Shown in pieces: positions 26,758-36,300 of a stretch of 64,000 nt of DNA. The notes beneath the pieces were generated by a model, which was not told the origin of the DNA, made no database searches, and saw only the letters and a program-made list of their open reading frames with translations. The position numbers and the translations under genes are program-made. The stretch's first letter is position 1. Each line of letters opens with the position of its first letter. This DNA is from an uncultured Rickettsiales bacterium (GTDB lineage Bacteria > Myxococcota_A > UBA796 > UBA9615 > CAYRNR01): the NCBI GenBank assembly GCA_964504165.1, contig CAZDDH010000017.1:103-64102 (forward strand), read 5' to 3'.

Positions 26758-28083
26758 ATGATGCGCAAGGGACGATTGGCCCGCCTGGCCCGCCTGGGGG
26801 GCATGGCCGTGGGCCTGGCCGGGGACGCCACCGCCGCCGCCACCGATCTGGTGGCCCACTCCACCGACGAGGCCGCGGAGCGGCTGCACCGCCACGCCGC
26901 CAAGCGCATGCTCAAGGTGTTCGGCGAGATGAAGGGCCTACCGCTGAAGGCCGGGCAGATGCTGTCCTACATCGACGAGATCCTGCCGCCGGAGCACCAG
27001 GGCGTCTACAACGAGATGCTCGGCAATCTCCAGGTCCACACGCCCCCCATGGAGTGGGAGGCAGTACGGGAGGTGTTCGAGGCCGAGTTCGATGGCCGCC
27101 AGCCCGAGGAGCTGTTCGCCACCTTCGACCGCGAGCCCATCGCCGCCGCCTCCATCGGCCAGGTCTACCGCGCCACCCTGCCCGACGGCGCCCTGGTGGT
27201 GGTCAAGATCCAGTACCCGGGGGTGGCCGACGCCGTGCGCTCCGACCTGGACAACGCCGAGACCCTGGTGAGCGCCATGAGCGCCGTCATGCCCAAGGCC
27301 GATCTGGCCCACTTCGTCGAGGACATCGTCTCGCGCATGATGGAGGAGTGCGACTACGTGGCCGAGGCGGGCCACCAGCGGGCCTTCCGCGCCGCCTGGG
27401 AGGGGGTGGACCAGGTGGTCATCCCCCACACCATCGACGAGCTGAGCACCGGCCGCGTGCTGGTCAGCGAGTACCTGGACGGCCAGGAGTGGGCCCCCAT
27501 GCTCGAGTACGCCAGCCCCACCCGCAAGAACGGCTACGGCATGGTCATCTTCCGCTTCGTCTTCGAGTCGTTGTTCCGCCATGCCATGTTCAACGGCGAT
27601 CCCCACCCGGGCAACTACCTGTTCTACCCGGACGGCCGGGTGGCCTTCATCGACTACGGCTGCGTCCAGCGGTACTCGGCGGAGCAGGAAGAGGAGTTCG
27701 GCGAGCTGCGCCACGCCGTGCTGGCCGGCAGCCGTGGCCCGGCCTTCCAGTCGCTACTGGGCCGGGTGCTGGGCTTCCCCGATGAGGTGGACCCGGAGAT
27801 GAAGCAGCTGCTCGAGGACTACATGCACCTGACCTTCGAGCCCATCACCGCCCCCCAGCCCTACACCTTCACCCGCGAGTACACGCGCCAGCTGATGAAG
27901 AAGGGCATGGACGCCAAGATGGTCATGACCAAGAAGATGATCACCGGCCGCAACGTCAACGTCTTCGACTCCGAGCACCGGGGGGTGGCCTTCCTGGGGC
28001 GCATCAACTTCGGGCTGGGATCCATCCTCACCACGCTTGGCACAACGGGCGACTTCAGAAGTATTATCGAAGATATAGGCTAA
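26758..28083 (+). CDS. ABC1/UbiB (AarF) atypical kinase family protein
   Basis: RBS AAAGGAGAA 8 nt upstream of the ATG at 26758. 'FDREPIAAASIGQVYRATLPDGALVVVKIQYPGV' and 'HGDPHPGNYLF', 'IDYG' kinase motifs are present. Confidence 0.8.
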   Translation: MMRKGRLARLARLGGMAVGLAGDATAAATDLVAHSTDEAAERLHRHAAKRMLKVFGEMKGLPLKAGQMLSYIDEILPPEHQGVYNEMLGNLQVHTPPMEWEAVREVFEAEFDGRQPEELFATFDREPIAAASIGQVYRATLPDGALVVVKIQYPGVADAVRSDLDNAETLVSAMSAVMPKADLAHFVEDIVSRMMEECDYVAEAGHQRAFRAAWEGVDQVVIPHTIDELSTGRVLVSEYLDGQEWAPMLEYASPTRKNGYGMVIFRFVFESLFRHAMFNGDPHPGNYLFYPDGRVAFIDYGCVQRYSAEQEEEFGELRHAVLAGSRGPAFQSLLGRVLGFPDEVDPEMKQLLEDYMHLTFEPITAPQPYTFTREYTRQLMKKGMDAKMVMTKKMITGRNVNVFDSEHRGVAFLGRINFGLGSILTTLGTTGDFRSIIEDIG

Positions 28084-29963
28084 TCAGCTTCAGGTAATTC
28101 TTCAGGTAATTCAGGGTCTTCGGCATAGCTGTCGATGGCGTCGAGGAATTGCTGCCCGAAGCGCTCCAGCTTGCGCTCCCCGATGCCCTTGATGGCCAGC
28201 ATCTCCGGCAACGTGGCCGGCCGCTCGGCGGCCATCGTGCGCAGCGTGGCGTCGCCGAAGACGATGTAGGCCGGCACGTCCAGCTGGTCGGCGATGTCCC
28301 GGCGCAGCTCCCGCAGGTGGTCGAACAGGCCCCGGTCCACCCCTTCCCAGCCTTCGCGGTCGATCTTGGCCCGGCGGGGGGCCTTGGCCGCCGCCCGCAG
28401 CAGCTGCACCTGGCGCCCGCCCTTGAGGACCTCCATGGAGGCGCTGTTGAGGGACAGGGTGGGGCGGTCGCCGCCCTCGCGGCCCAGCAGGTCCTGCTCC
28501 AGCAGCTGGTAGTACCAGTTGACGATCTGGCTGCGGGGGGTGCCCTTGAGCAGCCCGTAGGTGCTCAGCTCCTGGTGCCCCCAGCGGCGCACCTGCTCCG
28601 TGTCCCCCCCGGCGAGCACCTCGGCCAGGTAGGTGATGCCAAAGGGCCGCCCGGCTCGGTAGACGTTCGACAGCAGCTTCTGGGCCGTGACCGTGCCGTC
28701 CTCCACGCCCTCGACCTCGCCCAGGCAGACGTCGCAGGCCCCGCAGGCGTCTGCTTCCAGCGACTGGCCGAAGTACTCGGACAACGCCTTGTGGCGGCAG
28801 CGCAGACCGCGGGCGTAGTTCTCGACGTGGCGCAACAACTGCACGGACGACTCCATGGCCGCCTGCGGATCCTCAGCCTCGGCGGTGGAGCGCTCGATGA
28901 GGCTGCGCCACTTGAAGGCGTCGGCGGCGGAGTACAGCAGCACGCACTCGGCGGCCAGCCCATCGCGGCCGGCGCGCCCGCTCTCCTGCTGATAGTGCTC
29001 CAGGGACTTGGGGATGCCCGAGTGGACCACGCAGCGCACGTTGGAGCGGTCGATACCCATGCCAAAGGCGACGGTGGCCACCACCACGTCCAGGCGCTCC
29101 TCGGAGAAGGCGTCCTGGATGCGCCGCCGCTCCTCCGGCTCCAATCCCGCGTGATACGCCTCTGCCTGGATGCCCCGCCGCCCCAGGGCGAGGGCCAGCG
29201 ACTCGGTCTCCTTGCGGGAGATGCAGTACACGATGGCCGCCTCGCCCCCGTGGCGCAGCAGCACCTGGGCCACCTGGGCCCGGGAGTCCACCTTGGGCAC
29301 CACCCGGTAGACCAGGTTGGGCCGGTCGAAGATGCCCACCAGCAGCGCCGGGTCCCGCAGCCCCAGTTGATGGGCGATGTCCTCCCGCACCCGCGGCGTG
29401 GCCGTGGCGGTGAAGGCGTGCATGGCGGCGCCGGGCAGCCGCTCCTTCAGCGACGCCAGCTTGCGGTACTCGGGGCGGAAGTCGTGGCCCCAGTGGCTGA
29501 TGCAATGGGCCTCGTCGATGGCGACGGCCCCCACCGGCAGGCTGGCCAGCATGGCGGGCAGGCGGGTGGTGAACAGCCGCTCGGGGGCCACGTAGATCAG
29601 GCGCAGCTTGCCCGCCATCAGCGCCTGCTCGGCCTCGGTGATCTCCTCGGGGGTGCAGTTGCTGTGGATGGCCGCGGCGGGGTAGCCGGCGGCCCGCAGC
29701 CCGTCCACCTGGTCCTTCATCAGGCTGATCAGCGGGGAGATCACGACGTCGGTACGGCCGGCGAGGAGGGGCGGCAGCTGGTAGCACAGGGACTTGCCGC
29801 CGCCGGTGGGCAGCACCACCAGCGAGTCCCGTCCGCCCAGTCCGGCCTGGATGGCCTCGGCCTGCAGGGGTCGCAGCGTGTCGTAGCCCCAGGTCTTGCG
29901 CAGGGCTTCGTGGACCTGCTCCTCGGGCCAGGGGGGTAGGGGAGTGTCGTGCGGTCGATTCAT
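28080..29963 (-). CDS. recQ: ATP-dependent DNA helicase RecQ
   Basis: Full set of motifs: 'LVVLPTGGGKSLCYQLP', DEAH 'DEAHCISHWGHDF', RecQ-Ct zinc-binding Cys cluster 'CGACDVC', and an HRDC-like C-terminus. Confidence 0.95.
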   Translation of the reverse strand: MNRPHDTPLPPWPEEQVHEALRKTWGYDTLRPLQAEAIQAGLGGRDSLVVLPTGGGKSLCYQLPPLLAGRTDVVISPLISLMKDQVDGLRAAGYPAAAIHSNCTPEEITEAEQALMAGKLRLIYVAPERLFTTRLPAMLASLPVGAVAIDEAHCISHWGHDFRPEYRKLASLKERLPGAAMHAFTATATPRVREDIAHQLGLRDPALLVGIFDRPNLVYRVVPKVDSRAQVAQVLLRHGGEAAIVYCISRKETESLALALGRRGIQAEAYHAGLEPEERRRIQDAFSEERLDVVVATVAFGMGIDRSNVRCVVHSGIPKSLEHYQQESGRAGRDGLAAECVLLYSAADAFKWRSLIERSTAEAEDPQAAMESSVQLLRHVENYARGLRCRHKALSEYFGQSLEADACGACDVCLGEVEGVEDGTVTAQKLLSNVYRAGRPFGITYLAEVLAGGDTEQVRRWGHQELSTYGLLKGTPRSQIVNWYYQLLEQDLLGREGGDRPTLSLNSASMEVLKGGRQVQLLRAAAKAPRRAKIDREGWEGVDRGLFDHLRELRRDIADQLDVPAYIVFGDATLRTMAAERPATLPEMLAIKGIGERKLERFGQQFLDAIDSYAEDPELPEELPEAD

Positions 29964-30460
29964 GATCCCTCCGCCGGAGTCCGTCGTCCGGTCTGACCGC
30001 AGCTGTTGTGCAAGCCCGATGCCACCTTATACACCCCCGCAACGACAGGGGCTGGCACGGGGGGGCCAGCATCGATGGTCCGATTTCCGGACGGTGCGTC
30101 CGGCGGAGGGTCCGGATTCCGGTCCGGACCGTCGTCGCCCCCCGGTGGCACACCTGTGACACGGCTGGCACACCTGTTTTGGGCGTGTGTCACACCTGTC
30201 AAAAGTTAAAGTAAAAAGTCTGTACAAGCGGAATAACTAATGGAAATAAGAGACAAAATGAATTGAACGTGGTTTTTTCCGGCTGGGCTCGGATCTGGCC
30301 CGCCCCTTGCTTTATCAACCTACCGAAACGCACGACGAACCACAGACAGCCAGGCGGGAGACAAGACGATGATCAAGATCGACAGCTAGGGCACGCAGCA
30401 AAAACCGCACGCGAACTTCAACCCCAAACGAGACCACACACAGGCGAGGCAGGCAGATGA

Positions 30461-30950
30461 ACCGAACCCGCACCACGACATCCACAGCTTCACCGTCGAT
30501 ACCCTGGACGCTCTGCTCACCCGCCTGGAGGATGAGGGCTACCAGTTCACCACCCTGGACGACGCCGAGACCTTCCCCCTGCTCAACGGGGTCATCCCGC
30601 CCCATCAGCCCTGGATCGGGGATCCCTGCGGCCAGGACGCCGACTGCGCCTTCAGCGACGGCGGGGATGCGGGCTACTGCCATCTGTTCGAGGATGGAGA
30701 GGGCCAGGAGCGGGGCTACTGCTCCCTGCCCTGCGACGGCTACTGTCCCGACCTGTCGGGTACGGCCCCCAGCTTCTGCATCGGCACCAGCCAGCCTGAC
30801 GAGGGTATGTGCGTGTCCAAGACGTCGCCCATCAACGACTATTGTGCGGCGATTCCGGGTACGGAGGAGCTGGTGGAAGAGCGGTTCGTCTACGAGAGCG
30901 GTGCGTCGGCCTCTTCAGCAACGGTCTGTGTCGAGGGTTAACCTCTTCGT
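30461..30950 (+). pseudogene. Remnant of a polysaccharide deacetylase (NodB-family C-terminal end) plus a Cys-rich tail. It has no N-terminus and no start codon.
   Basis: The frame opens directly after a TGA at 30458-30460. 'HDIHSFTVDTLDALLTRLEDEGYQFTTLDDAE' matches the C-terminal end of NodB-type deacetylases. No in-frame start until near the end. Upstream sequence is AC-rich non-coding DNA. Confidence 0.5.
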
Positions 30951-30961
30951 CCCACTCCCAG

Positions 30962-31048
30962 TCGTCGTCCCACTCGCGGTCATCGTCCCACTCGCGGTCG
31001 TCTTCCCACTCCCAGTCGTCGTCCCAGTCCCAGTCGATCCAGCTCAAA
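30962..31048. repeat. Tandem 18-nt repeat, 5 units (cccactcSCRgtcRtcgt); on the minus strand it encodes a (D/E)DD(W/R)EW hexapeptide repeat
   Basis: The units cccactcccagtcgtcgt / cccactcgcggtcatcgt / cccactcgcggtcgtctt / cccactcccagtcgtcgt / cccagtcccagtcgatcc are contiguous. Confidence 0.85.
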
Positions 31049-31774
31049 TCAGTCCACCCGTTCCCCGGCGACCTCGGTGGTCCAGCCGCCGCTGGAGCTG
31101 GTGCTCACGTCCACGGTCCAGCTCTCACCGGTCTCACGCTGGTGCTCGTCGAGGAGGGCGGCGCCCTCCACGCGGGCCTCGGCCATGGCGGCGTGCATGG
31201 CAGCCAGGACCTCGTCCTCGGCGGAAACCGCAGGTGCCGGCGGCGGCGTGGGCTCCATGACGGGTGCGGGGACGGGCTCCATGACGGGCGCGGGGACGGG
31301 CGCGGGAGCGGGGGGGGGGGCGGGGGCGGGGCGGGGGGCGGGGGCTGGGGAGAGCGCGGGAGCAGGCGCCGGGGCCGGTGTCGGGGTTGGATTCCGGACC
31401 GGCGCCGGCTCCGGCTTAGGGAGCTGAATCGGAGTGATGGTGGCCGTGCGCGCCGTTACCGGCGGCGCTTCGAAAGAAACATGGACCCCGTTGAGCGACG
31501 GAACATCGAGCTTGGCGGTGGATTCATCCGCCAGCGGTTCCGTCCGCACGACCAGCACATCGCCTTCCATGCTCACCTGATGATGGGGAGTCGCACCGCT
31601 GCAGCGGATCTCCAACTCCAAGGTGTCTGCCCCGCCGTCCAGCAGCCCGAGCTCGGCCAGGTCCAGATCGAGGACCACCCGCTTCGTATTGGCGTTCGAC
31701 GGGGTGACAACGGCCAGGGAGAACCCGGTGACCGCGACCAAAAGGATAAAAGTGGAAAAACGATGATTGAACAT
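31049..31774 (-). CDS. Secreted AMIN-domain-like protein with a Pro/Ala-rich linker
   Basis: ATG at 31774 with a GGAGG RBS, and signal peptide MFNHRFSTFILLVAVTGFSLAVV. 'RVVLDLD...LELEIRCSGAT...VSMEGDVLVV' resembles the AMIN domain. Followed by a (PA)n linker. Confidence 0.6.
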   Translation of the reverse strand: MFNHRFSTFILLVAVTGFSLAVVTPSNANTKRVVLDLDLAELGLLDGGADTLELEIRCSGATPHHQVSMEGDVLVVRTEPLADESTAKLDVPSLNGVHVSFEAPPVTARTATITPIQLPKPEPAPVRNPTPTPAPAPAPALSPAPAPRPAPAPPPAPAPVPAPVMEPVPAPVMEPTPPPAPAVSAEDEVLAAMHAAMAEARVEGAALLDEHQRETGESWTVDVSTSSSGGWTTEVAGERVD

Positions 31775-31963
31775 GAAAGCCTCCTGAACCCCAAGGTACG
31801 AGGCAAACGCCGGTAGCCCTAGTACCGGGCTATTACCGCCCTCCGGAGTGCGCTGCTCGGTGGCCGGCTTTGCGCACACGCGGGCGCGATCGATTTGCTC
31901 GCCAACGACCCGCCCTATAAGCTCCGCCCAGCAAAAAACGTTCGCTCCGACAGGAGGCCATTC

Positions 31964-32593
31964 ATGATCGGTCTGATCATATTCGGAACACGCGGTGTGA
32001 CCTACAGCGCGGACAAGGGCGATTTCGACTGCCCGATCTGCAACGGACACTCGCCCTACAACCACAAGCGGGTGCGCCGGTTCTTCACGCTGTATTTCAT
32101 CCCGGTCATCCCGCTGGATCTGCTCGGCGAGTACGTGGAGTGCGGGGGCTGTGCGGGCACCTTCAAGCCCGAAGTCCTGGAGCTCACCGCGGGGGCGGGC
32201 GGGGAGCAGGGGGACTTCGAGGCCGAGTTCCACCACGCCATGAAGCGGGTGATGGTGCTGATGATGCTGGCCGACGGCGTCATCGAGATGTCGGAGATCC
32301 AGTCGATCCAGGAGATCTACGAGCGCCTCGCCGGCAAGCAGCTCACCGAGGCGGACATCCGCACCGAGGCGGCCATCGCCCAAGAGGAGGGGCTCAACGT
32401 GCACGACTACCTGGGCCGCCTGCTGGGGTCCCTCAACGACGCCGGCAAGGAGATGGTGGTCAAGGCTGCCTACATGGTCGCCGCGGCCGACGGCGACATC
32501 CCCGAGGAAGAGATGCAACTGCTGCGGGACGTGGGCAAGGCGCTGGAGATGACCGACGCCCACTTCAACGGCGTGCTGCAGTCGATGGTCTAG
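31964..32593 (+). CDS. Zinc-ribbon + TerB-like (tellurite-resistance TerB family) protein
   Basis: RBS CAGGAGG upstream of the ATG at 31964. N-terminal 'CPICNG...CGGCAG' zinc ribbon. C-terminal 'MKRVMVLMMLADGVIEMSEI...VKAAYMVAAADGDIPEEE' is TerB-like. Confidence 0.6.
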   Translation: MIGLIIFGTRGVTYSADKGDFDCPICNGHSPYNHKRVRRFFTLYFIPVIPLDLLGEYVECGGCAGTFKPEVLELTAGAGGEQGDFEAEFHHAMKRVMVLMMLADGVIEMSEIQSIQEIYERLAGKQLTEADIRTEAAIAQEEGLNVHDYLGRLLGSLNDAGKEMVVKAAYMVAAADGDIPEEEMQLLRDVGKALEMTDAHFNGVLQSMV

Positions 32594-32610
32594 GACCACT
32601 CGACCGTCCC

Positions 32611-33273
32611 ATGACCCACATCGATCCTGGAAGACTCGGGGGCTTGCCGGCCGGTTTGATGGGCGCGGCGGCGCACCTGGCCGTGCTGGCCCCGCCGTGG
32701 TGGTTCGGTGGCGGCGCCCGGACGGCGCCCGTCCTGCTGTTCGCCGTGCTGGCCATGGCCTTCTCGTTTGCCGAGGCCGCCAGCCAGATCCGGCGGGATC
32801 GTATGGGAGATTTCGAACCAGGTGCCGCGGCCACCGGCGTGGCGCTCTACGCCCTGTTCGCCAGCGCGTTGATGTGGCCATCGGCGCTGCCTGCGCCGGT
32901 GACCACCGTGGGTGTGGCCCTGGGCGCAGTGCTGTTCGCCGGCGGGATCACCCTACGGGTGATGGCCATCCGCGCCCTGGGGGAGCGCTTCGTGACCAAG
33001 GTGGTGATGCGCGGCGGGCAGGACCTGCAGACCCGGGGCCTGTACGCCGTGCTGCGCCATCCCTCCGAAGCCGGCACCCTGTGCCTGTCCCTGGGGGGCT
33101 GCCTGCTGCTGGGCAGCTGGGTGGCGCTGGCGTTGTGGGCGGGCGTGCTGCTCCCCCTGGTGGCCGTACGGGTCCGGTTGGAAGATGGCCTGCTGCGCCA
33201 GATGTACGGCCATCGGTATGCGGCGTATTCGACGCGCGTGCCTGCGCTGCTGCCGTTTTTGGGCCGGGGTTGA
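32611..33273 (+). CDS. Isoprenylcysteine carboxyl methyltransferase (ICMT)/PEMT-family membrane methyltransferase-like protein
   Basis: Multiple TM helices. The 'LQTRGLYAVLRHPSEAG' motif resembles the ICMT 'L.T.G.Y...RHP.Y' signature. Confidence 0.55.
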   Translation: MTHIDPGRLGGLPAGLMGAAAHLAVLAPPWWFGGGARTAPVLLFAVLAMAFSFAEAASQIRRDRMGDFEPGAAATGVALYALFASALMWPSALPAPVTTVGVALGAVLFAGGITLRVMAIRALGERFVTKVVMRGGQDLQTRGLYAVLRHPSEAGTLCLSLGGCLLLGSWVALALWAGVLLPLVAVRVRLEDGLLRQMYGHRYAAYSTRVPALLPFLGRG

Positions 33274-33325
33274 CCGAACATTCGCGCGCCGCTGCTGTCT
33301 ATCCAGGGAGTCGAGGGAGGTTCGC

Positions 33326-36300
33326 ATGAGACCACGATGGGGATTGATCGCTGCTGCGATGGCGCTGGCGGCCTCTTTGCTCTGGCCCACCACACCGCCC
33401 CGCGCCGCCGATGACGAGGAGGCCGAGGCGCCGGCGACCGGCCTCGACGGCCTGAACGTACGCGTCGGGGAGGCGGACGACGCGGTGCAGGAGCCCAGCT
33501 TCGAGGCCGACGTGCAGCCGCTGCCGGCCGGCAAGGCCCGCAAGATCCTCAAGCGGCTGGCGCCCCTGGCCACGGGCGAAGACCCGGAACCGTCCCCCCT
33601 ACGGCCCGGTACCAAACCACCCCCCCGCACCGGCGTCACGGTGCAAGGAGCGTTCCCCGCCGCGGGCGACGCCGCTGCGCCCGGGGCCGGCGAGGTCAAA
33701 CCCCTGGAGGTCCTGCGCTGGTCCCCCGAGGGGGACGTCACCGACGTGCCCCAGGTGCAGGTGACCTTCTCCCAGCCGATGGTGCCCGTCACCGGCCTGG
33801 CAGAGATCGCCGCCGCCGACGCCCCGGTGCAGCTCACTCCGGACGCCGCCGGGCGCTGGCGCTGGATCAGCGCCACCACGCTGGTGTTCGAGCCGGAGTC
33901 CCCCCTGGCCAAGGGCACCCACTACCAGCTGGTCGTACCCGCCGGCGCCACCTCGGCCCTGGGCGGCACCCTGGAGCGGGATCACCGCTTCTCGTTCAAG
34001 ACCCAGCCCCCGCGCGTCACCCAGATCTGGCCCGGTGGCGGGGATCGTTCCCCCCGCTCGCCGATGATCTTCCTGACCTTCGACCAGCGCATCGACCCGG
34101 GGCAGGTGGCTCCGCTGGTGGAGGTCAGCGCCGCGGGCCACCGCTGGCCGGTCCACCTCTCCGAGGCGGGCGAACCCGGGATCATCGGCCCGCCATGGGA
34201 CTGGGCCGGCGGCACCGCCGAGGGCACCTGGCTGGCTCTGGCCGTGGAGCAGCCGCTGCCGCTGGGGGCCCGGGTCACCGTCCGCGTCGGCGCCGGCGTG
34301 ATGCCGCGGGACGGGGACGTGGCCTCCCGGGACGACCAGAACTTCGAGTTCCTGGTGCACGAGGCGCTGCGCATCGAGGACCACCGCTGCCAGGACTACC
34401 AGTGCCGGCCCGGCACCGGCTTCTGGGTCCGCTTCAACAATTACCTGGACGACCAGGCGGTGGATCCCGCCACGATCCAGCTCAGCCCGGCACCCCCGGA
34501 GATGAAGGTCGAGGTCTCCGGCAACACCATCTACCTGCGCGGCAAGACCCGCGTCGGCACGTACTACGTCACCGTGCCGCCGACGGTGAAGGACATCTTC
34601 GGCCAGACGCTGGGCCGGTCCCAGCAGTTCAAGTTCAAGGTCGTCGAGGCCGGGCCGGTGCGCGCCGAGCTGTCGGCCCCGGGCGGCGACATGGTGATCC
34701 TGGATCTGGACTGGGGCCCCAAGATCCCGGTGCTGACCCTCAACCAGCCGGCGCTGAAGGTGGAGCTGTACGACGTCGAGCCAGCTGACTATCCGGCCTG
34801 GACCCGTTTCCGCTCGGACCTCTATCAGTGGTACGAGCACGACCGGCGTGAGGGGCCGCGGCCCACCCCGCCGGGCAAGCGCATCTCCTCGCGGCGCATC
34901 CCCACCGGGGGCGGCAAGGACGAGGCGCTGGAGACCCGGCTCGATCTGGCCCCGGCCCTCAGCGACGGCCGGGGCCACGTGGTGGTGCTCATCGAGGGGG
35001 AGGCCCCCAAGGACCGCCCCCGCTGGGCCGCCAAGTGGGTGCAGGCCACGGGGTTGAATCTCACCGGCTTCAACACCGACGAGCAGGCCCTGATCTGGGC
35101 CACCTCGCAGCGGGACGGGAGCACCTTGCCCGATCTGCAGGTGGAGATGCTGGACTGGTCCGGGGGCACGCTGGCGGCCACCGTCACCACCGACGGGGAC
35201 GGCCGCGCTGCCTTCCCCGCAGCGGACGTCTCCGGCCAGATGGTGGCCGTCGCCCGCACGGATTGGGACTCGGTGCTGATGCCGTGGAGCTGGCACGCGC
35301 CGTCGGCGCGGACCCCTGAGCTGCGCTGGTACATCATCGACGACCGTCAGCTGTACCGCCCGGGGGAGACCGCCACCCTCAAGGGATGGGTGCGCCGTGT
35401 CGAGCAGGGGGCGGACGGGGTGGTGCGGTTCTCCGTGCCCGAGGATCTGAGCGTCCACTACAACGCCCGCGATCCCCGCGGCAACGATCTGGCCAGCGGC
35501 GATCTGGCCCTGGAGGGGCTGGGAGGCTTCAGCCTGGAGATCGATCTGCCACCGGAGGTGGACCTGGGCCGCGCCCGGGTCAACTTCGCCGTCAACGACA
35601 ACGAAATCCACGGCCGCAACACCCGCCACGAGTTCCGCATCGAGGAGTTCCGCCGGCCGGAGTTCGAGGTCTCGGCCACGGCCTCCGAGGGCCCCCATCA
35701 GGTGGGGGGGCGCGTGACGTTCTCCACCAACGCCCGCTACTTCAGCGGTGGCTCCATGCCCGGCAGCGACGTGGGCTGGGCCATCTGGGCCCGGGAGGGG
35801 GGCTACGTCCCGCCGGGGCGCGGGGACTTCTCCTACGGGCCGCGGGAGCCGTGGTGGGGGGATCACCACCACCACTGGGATTACTACTGGGAGCCCACCC
35901 GCACCCACTTCGCCGGCAAGACCGACAAGGACGGCAACCACGCCGTGCAGGTGGAGCTGGCCTCCATCCCCTCCGGCCGGCCGATGGTGCTTTTCGGCCA
36001 GGCCACGGTCCATGACATCAACCGCCAGGCCCGCGCCGCCGCCGCCCGGGTGCTGGTGCACCCCGGCGACCTGTACGTCGGGGTCCGGCTGGAGTTCGGC
36101 TTCGTCCAGCCGGGCCAGCCGCTGGCCGTGGAGACCCTCGTCACCGATCACGACGGCCAGATCGTCCCCGGCGCCGATGTCACCGTCACGATGGAGCCGG
36201 TGTGGGTCGACGATCCGTCCGGGCCGCCCCAGCCGGTGCAGCCCTATACGTTCAAATCCACCAAGGAGCTCTCCAGCTCCGTCTTCACCCCCGAGATGGG

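Noticed and set aside
31047-31051. Readthrough of the AMIN-domain gene into the W/D-rich repeat
   Set aside because: The repeat ORF is offset by +1 relative to the upstream gene frame, so stop-codon readthrough alone would not produce the WD-repeat peptide.
30457-31260. 267-aa plus-strand ORF (Pro/Ser/Arg/Thr-rich)
   Set aside because: It is in the wrong frame relative to the deacetylase remnant. It runs through the 18-nt repeat and is antisense to the AMIN-domain gene. The composition is not protein-like.
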